Shown one piece after another: positions 29,116-32,000 of a stretch of DNA of 32,000 nt. How positions within the stretch are numbered: position 1 is the stretch's first letter; the number at the start of each line of letters is the position of its first letter. A program made the translations under genes and the position numbers. Location of the stretch: the NCBI GenBank assembly GCA_004563595.2, contig CP042461.1, forward strand, positions 930,001-962,000. Reading direction: 5' to 3'. Below the pieces are notes generated by a model, which was not told the DNA's origin, searched no databases, and saw only the letters and a list, made by a program, of their open reading frames with translations. The DNA is from Candidatus Saccharimonadota bacterium. GTDB taxonomy: Bacteria > Patescibacteriota > Gracilibacteria > BD1-5 > UBA6164.

Positions 29116-31110
29116 TTATTTCATGATTCTATAATTATAGTTATCTGGAACATATACTCACTTAATACTCCCCATACACGTGATAATATTATTATGCCAA
29201 TGATCTGGACTAGAAGCATATATAGATCAGGTTTTATTTCAATATCTACTTAAGTCTTTTATTTCATTATATTTTCATAAATATTTGTTATTCAATGTTT
29301 TTATCATCCAATATACTCATGATCTTGCATTTGGAAATGCTTTTACGGCACCAGAATCGGTATTTCAAATATTTCAAACATTATAAGGTGTCTTCAAATG
29401 AAGTCATAATCAGCTTTCTGCTAATCAAATACACATAACAAACGTTGGGTCAATATTTCCATCGAGTGATTCTTCAACCCACATATCCCAATTTCTAAAT
29501 GCTCATACAGCATATTTATCTATGAGACTTTGTTGCCTTTCTACTTCAGAAAGTCAATCAAGTTTAAACACTTTAGAATTCTTAGCCCTTTCTACATATG
29601 TGTATCATTTTCTTTCTTTAAAATCTACAGAATACTTGAATCTGTATTTTTGTGGAAGTCTATCAAATTGAATAAATGAAATATTCATAACACTTAAAGG
29701 ATCTACATATGCCTCATCTTTAAATACCTCAAAATGTAAATGTGGTCATGTAGTCATAAGTCACGCTCATTTTGTACCAAACTCTCAACCTGTTTTTCAA
29801 ATAACTTGTCATTTACGGACAAAATCAAATTCATTTATAAATACTTCATTCACATGACCATATACAGTCAAATATCCATCTGAATGTTTTAATGCAAACG
29901 AAGAATACTCTCCAGACGTTGGTTTTTGTATGAAGGTTACATATCAATCTGCTGGTGCTTTTATATCCGTTCATTGGTTTTGAACTATATCAATAGCATC
30001 ATGAGTGGATCAGAATAATTCCTCATACTCAGAATCATGATAATAAGAACTAATTCATAGCTTAGGAGAAACTGGCCATGAAAATATATTTTTTCATACT
30101 ACTCAAAATCATTTCAATTTTGATTCAGCGTAAATAACTTTATTTAATTCAAGACATTTTCATTTTAAACTTGCTCATTCCAAAGTGTCTTTTCATAAAT
30201 CTACAAATCTACATCCATACTTCTCTAATAGTTTTTGTTTTACATTATTAAATTTTATTTTCTCCTTAAATGTCCTTAATTTTACTGCTTTTTCTACTTT
30301 TAGCTTGTCATAAATATATCTTTCATATAACGCTTGTCTTCACTTTGAAACTTTTATAATCCTCTCTTTGAAGTCTTTTTTATCATTTAAAATTTTTCTA
30401 TCAATAATTCCAAACTTCCTTACTTGCTTTAACTTCATTTCTTGTTTTTCTAGATCAATCTTCTTGATATATAATTCTGAGACGAATTTTCTATGTTTAT
30501 CAATCAGTTTTTTCCCAGTCACTTCAATGATTCATTTAAAATATAAATCATTTAAGATATCAGAAATATTTTCCTCATTTAAAAGAATAGTTTTTAGGTT
30601 ATCTACTTCTGTTTCACCATAAACATTATTTCATTTCTTATATATATAAACTAAATACTTCAAAAGAACTTTTCTATTCTCATATATTTTTTTTCTTAAC
30701 AACTCTATTGTTTTCTTACTCCCTCAAACCTCTTTTTTAATACTGATAATTTTTGCATTCACCTTATTTACTTTGTCAGTAGCCTCTTGAATATCGTCAT
30801 CTAGCAACTGTATTGATTCTTCTAGTGATAGTATTCTCGCTGCAACATTTTCTTTTTTATTTTCAAGCTTTTCTCTTTCTGTAGATATTTTATCTTTAAT
30901 ATTTCAAAAAATATTAATTTTTTTTGAAATATTAAAGATGCTAGCATCTTCTTTATCTATTTCTGATGTTTGAGTTTCAAATAATAACTCATACTGAGAT
31001 TTTTTAAAATTCTCTAAAATAGCTCCCTTTTGTTTTACTGAAAGGGCTCTCACTCAAGAAGAAAATAGAAAAAATATTAATAACAAAGAAATGATCTTTT
31101 TTTTATGCAT
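29116..31110 (-). CDS. Exported coiled-coil M23 metallopeptidase with an extra C-terminal glucosaminidase-like domain
   Basis: 665 codons, in frame with ORF 30340-30522. Signal peptide MHKKKIISLLLIFFLFSS(G)VRA. A long coiled coil of the EnvC type follows. The M23 core is HDAIDI...(G)TDIKAPAD(G)YV....GY.TVYGHV.......V.K(G)QVI(G)KT(G)....(G)PHLHFEV. The C-terminal region ...MCI(G)LAES(G)L(G)LHLKTPYNV(G)NI(G)N... resembles muramidase/glucosaminidase ESG.G...NN.FG motifs. Confidence 0.85.
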
Positions 31111-31141
31111 GACCTATAATAAAAATTAAGCGACTGAAGTA

Positions 31142-31516
31142 CTAACTATCTATATTTTTAATAAATAACTCTGTAAAAATTAACAATAATAACAATGCAA
31201 ATCCCGCAATGAATATTGAAGCTCCGATAACCTTAAAAAATATTAAGGATAACAGAAAACTTGCAATAAAAAATCATTGCCTAAAGCTGGTTAATACATG
31301 GTGAATATAAATTTTTCACCTAAAGTATACTTTTTTTATAAAGTATAAAAAAAACGAAAAAAATGCTGATGCTCAGAGTAAAAAAGTAAACACAAGAGAC
31401 ATAAGTCAAATCATTTTATGACTATAGGGGTCTAAATAGTATATTATTAAGAAGAAAGTCATGAGACTTAGAAGGAATATAGCAAGGATTATTAACAGGA
31501 GGAATCTTTTTTTCAT
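31142..31516 (-). CDS. Small integral membrane protein (about 4 TM)
   Basis: 125 codons reading MKKRFLLLIILAIFLLSLMTFFLIIYYLDPYSHKMI(G)LMSLVFTFLL(G)ASAFF.... Stop is TAG at 31144-31142, 31 nt upstream of the M23 start. Confidence 0.55.
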
Positions 31517-31593
31517 ATTTTTTTAAAAATTGATTGTAACAAGTATTAATATAAGGGAAAAACAATAAAAAACAACATTTACTTCTTATCTGT

Positions 31594-32000
31594 TTACAAT
31601 TTTGATCTTATTCTAATTTTCTCAATTGTTTCACATTTTCAATGATCTCAAATCTCTACACATACCCCATTCACAACATAATCATTTCATAAATTTTGTT
31701 CTATTTTTCATCCTAATCATGTGAGAAATCTCTTTTTTACACTTTCAAAGTCTGCTCATATCACAGAATACAATGGCCCATTCATTCATACATCTGATAT
31801 AAGTCATGTTCATTGAGGAAGAATAAGCTCATCATTCGTTTGAATATGCGTATGGGTTCCAAATACAAAACTTGCTTTCCCATCAAGTAAGTAAGCCATC
31901 CCATATCATTCTGATGTTGTTTCTTTATGAAAATCTATAAAAATTCCATCAAATTTTTCATTTTCTAGACTTTTTAATATTTCTTGAACTTTCAAAAAAG
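31594..32000 (-). CDS. ymdB: YmdB-like metallophosphoesterase (TIGR00282 type), C-terminal part; the N-terminus lies beyond the right edge
   Basis: The partial frame is ...FDGIFIDFHKETTSE(G)YGMAYLLDGKASFVFGTHTHIQTNDELILPQ(G)T(G)LISDV(G)MNGP...V.(G)....V..RF... . Stop is TAA at 31596-31594. Confidence 0.8.

Noticed and set aside
1-32000. Alternative reassignment UGA=Trp (code 4, Mycoplasma/Spiroplasma-like), suggested by the low GC.
   Set aside because: The UGA positions fall in P-loops, the kinase G2 box, the AspRS GLDR-type motif, lipoboxes and similar sites where Gly is invariant and Trp is implausible. TGG is still used at typical Trp positions, for example LSGWV in AspRS.

Overview
This is a visibly AT-rich bacterial chromosomal segment that only makes sense if TGA is read as glycine. 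That is genetic code 25, used by Gracilibacteria/BD1-5 and Absconditabacteria/SR1 within Patescibacteria/CPR. The supplied standard-code ORF track is fragmentary because almost every gene carries many in-frame TGA codons. Those codons fall on universally conserved Gly positions: AspRS motifs, the PPK2 and RecF Walker A loops, the histidine-kinase G2 box, M23 and MscS. Retranslated by hand, the window is densely packed with 33 CDS and one tRNA-Cys(GCA). All real stops are TAA or TAG, and native genes lack Shine-Dalgarno motifs. Housekeeping content includes aspS, ppk2, lexA, cca, a class A PBP, a pseudouridine synthase, gatC, recF, an MscS-like channel, an M23 peptidase and a ymdB-like gene. 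There is also an OmpR/histidine-kinase two-component system followed by three exported, highly charged proteins. Other exported or surface proteins are a type IV pilin-like protein, an acidic DE/GE-repeat protein, an FN3-like surface protein, a YHYH protein and a beta-helix protein. Three non-obvious signals stand out. (i) An 11-bp-phased direct repeat YTCTTAC-N4-TTCTTAC lies upstream of exactly four transcription units, including the response-regulator gene itself. This is a candidate regulon linking the two-component system to secreted acidic proteins and a YHYH/EamA operon. (ii) Three ORFs (17257-17622, 20925-21500, 21622-21936) avoid UGA-Gly. Two of them have SD motifs and one is clearly GC-richer, so they are candidate recent imports from standard-code donors. 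They sit near a tRNA-Cys flanked by a ~52-bp direct repeat. (iii) A ~165-bp nested perfect palindrome fills the convergent ppk2/lexA spacer. I saw no CRISPR array, transposase, integrase or rRNA. All translations and counts were done by hand and should be recomputed.
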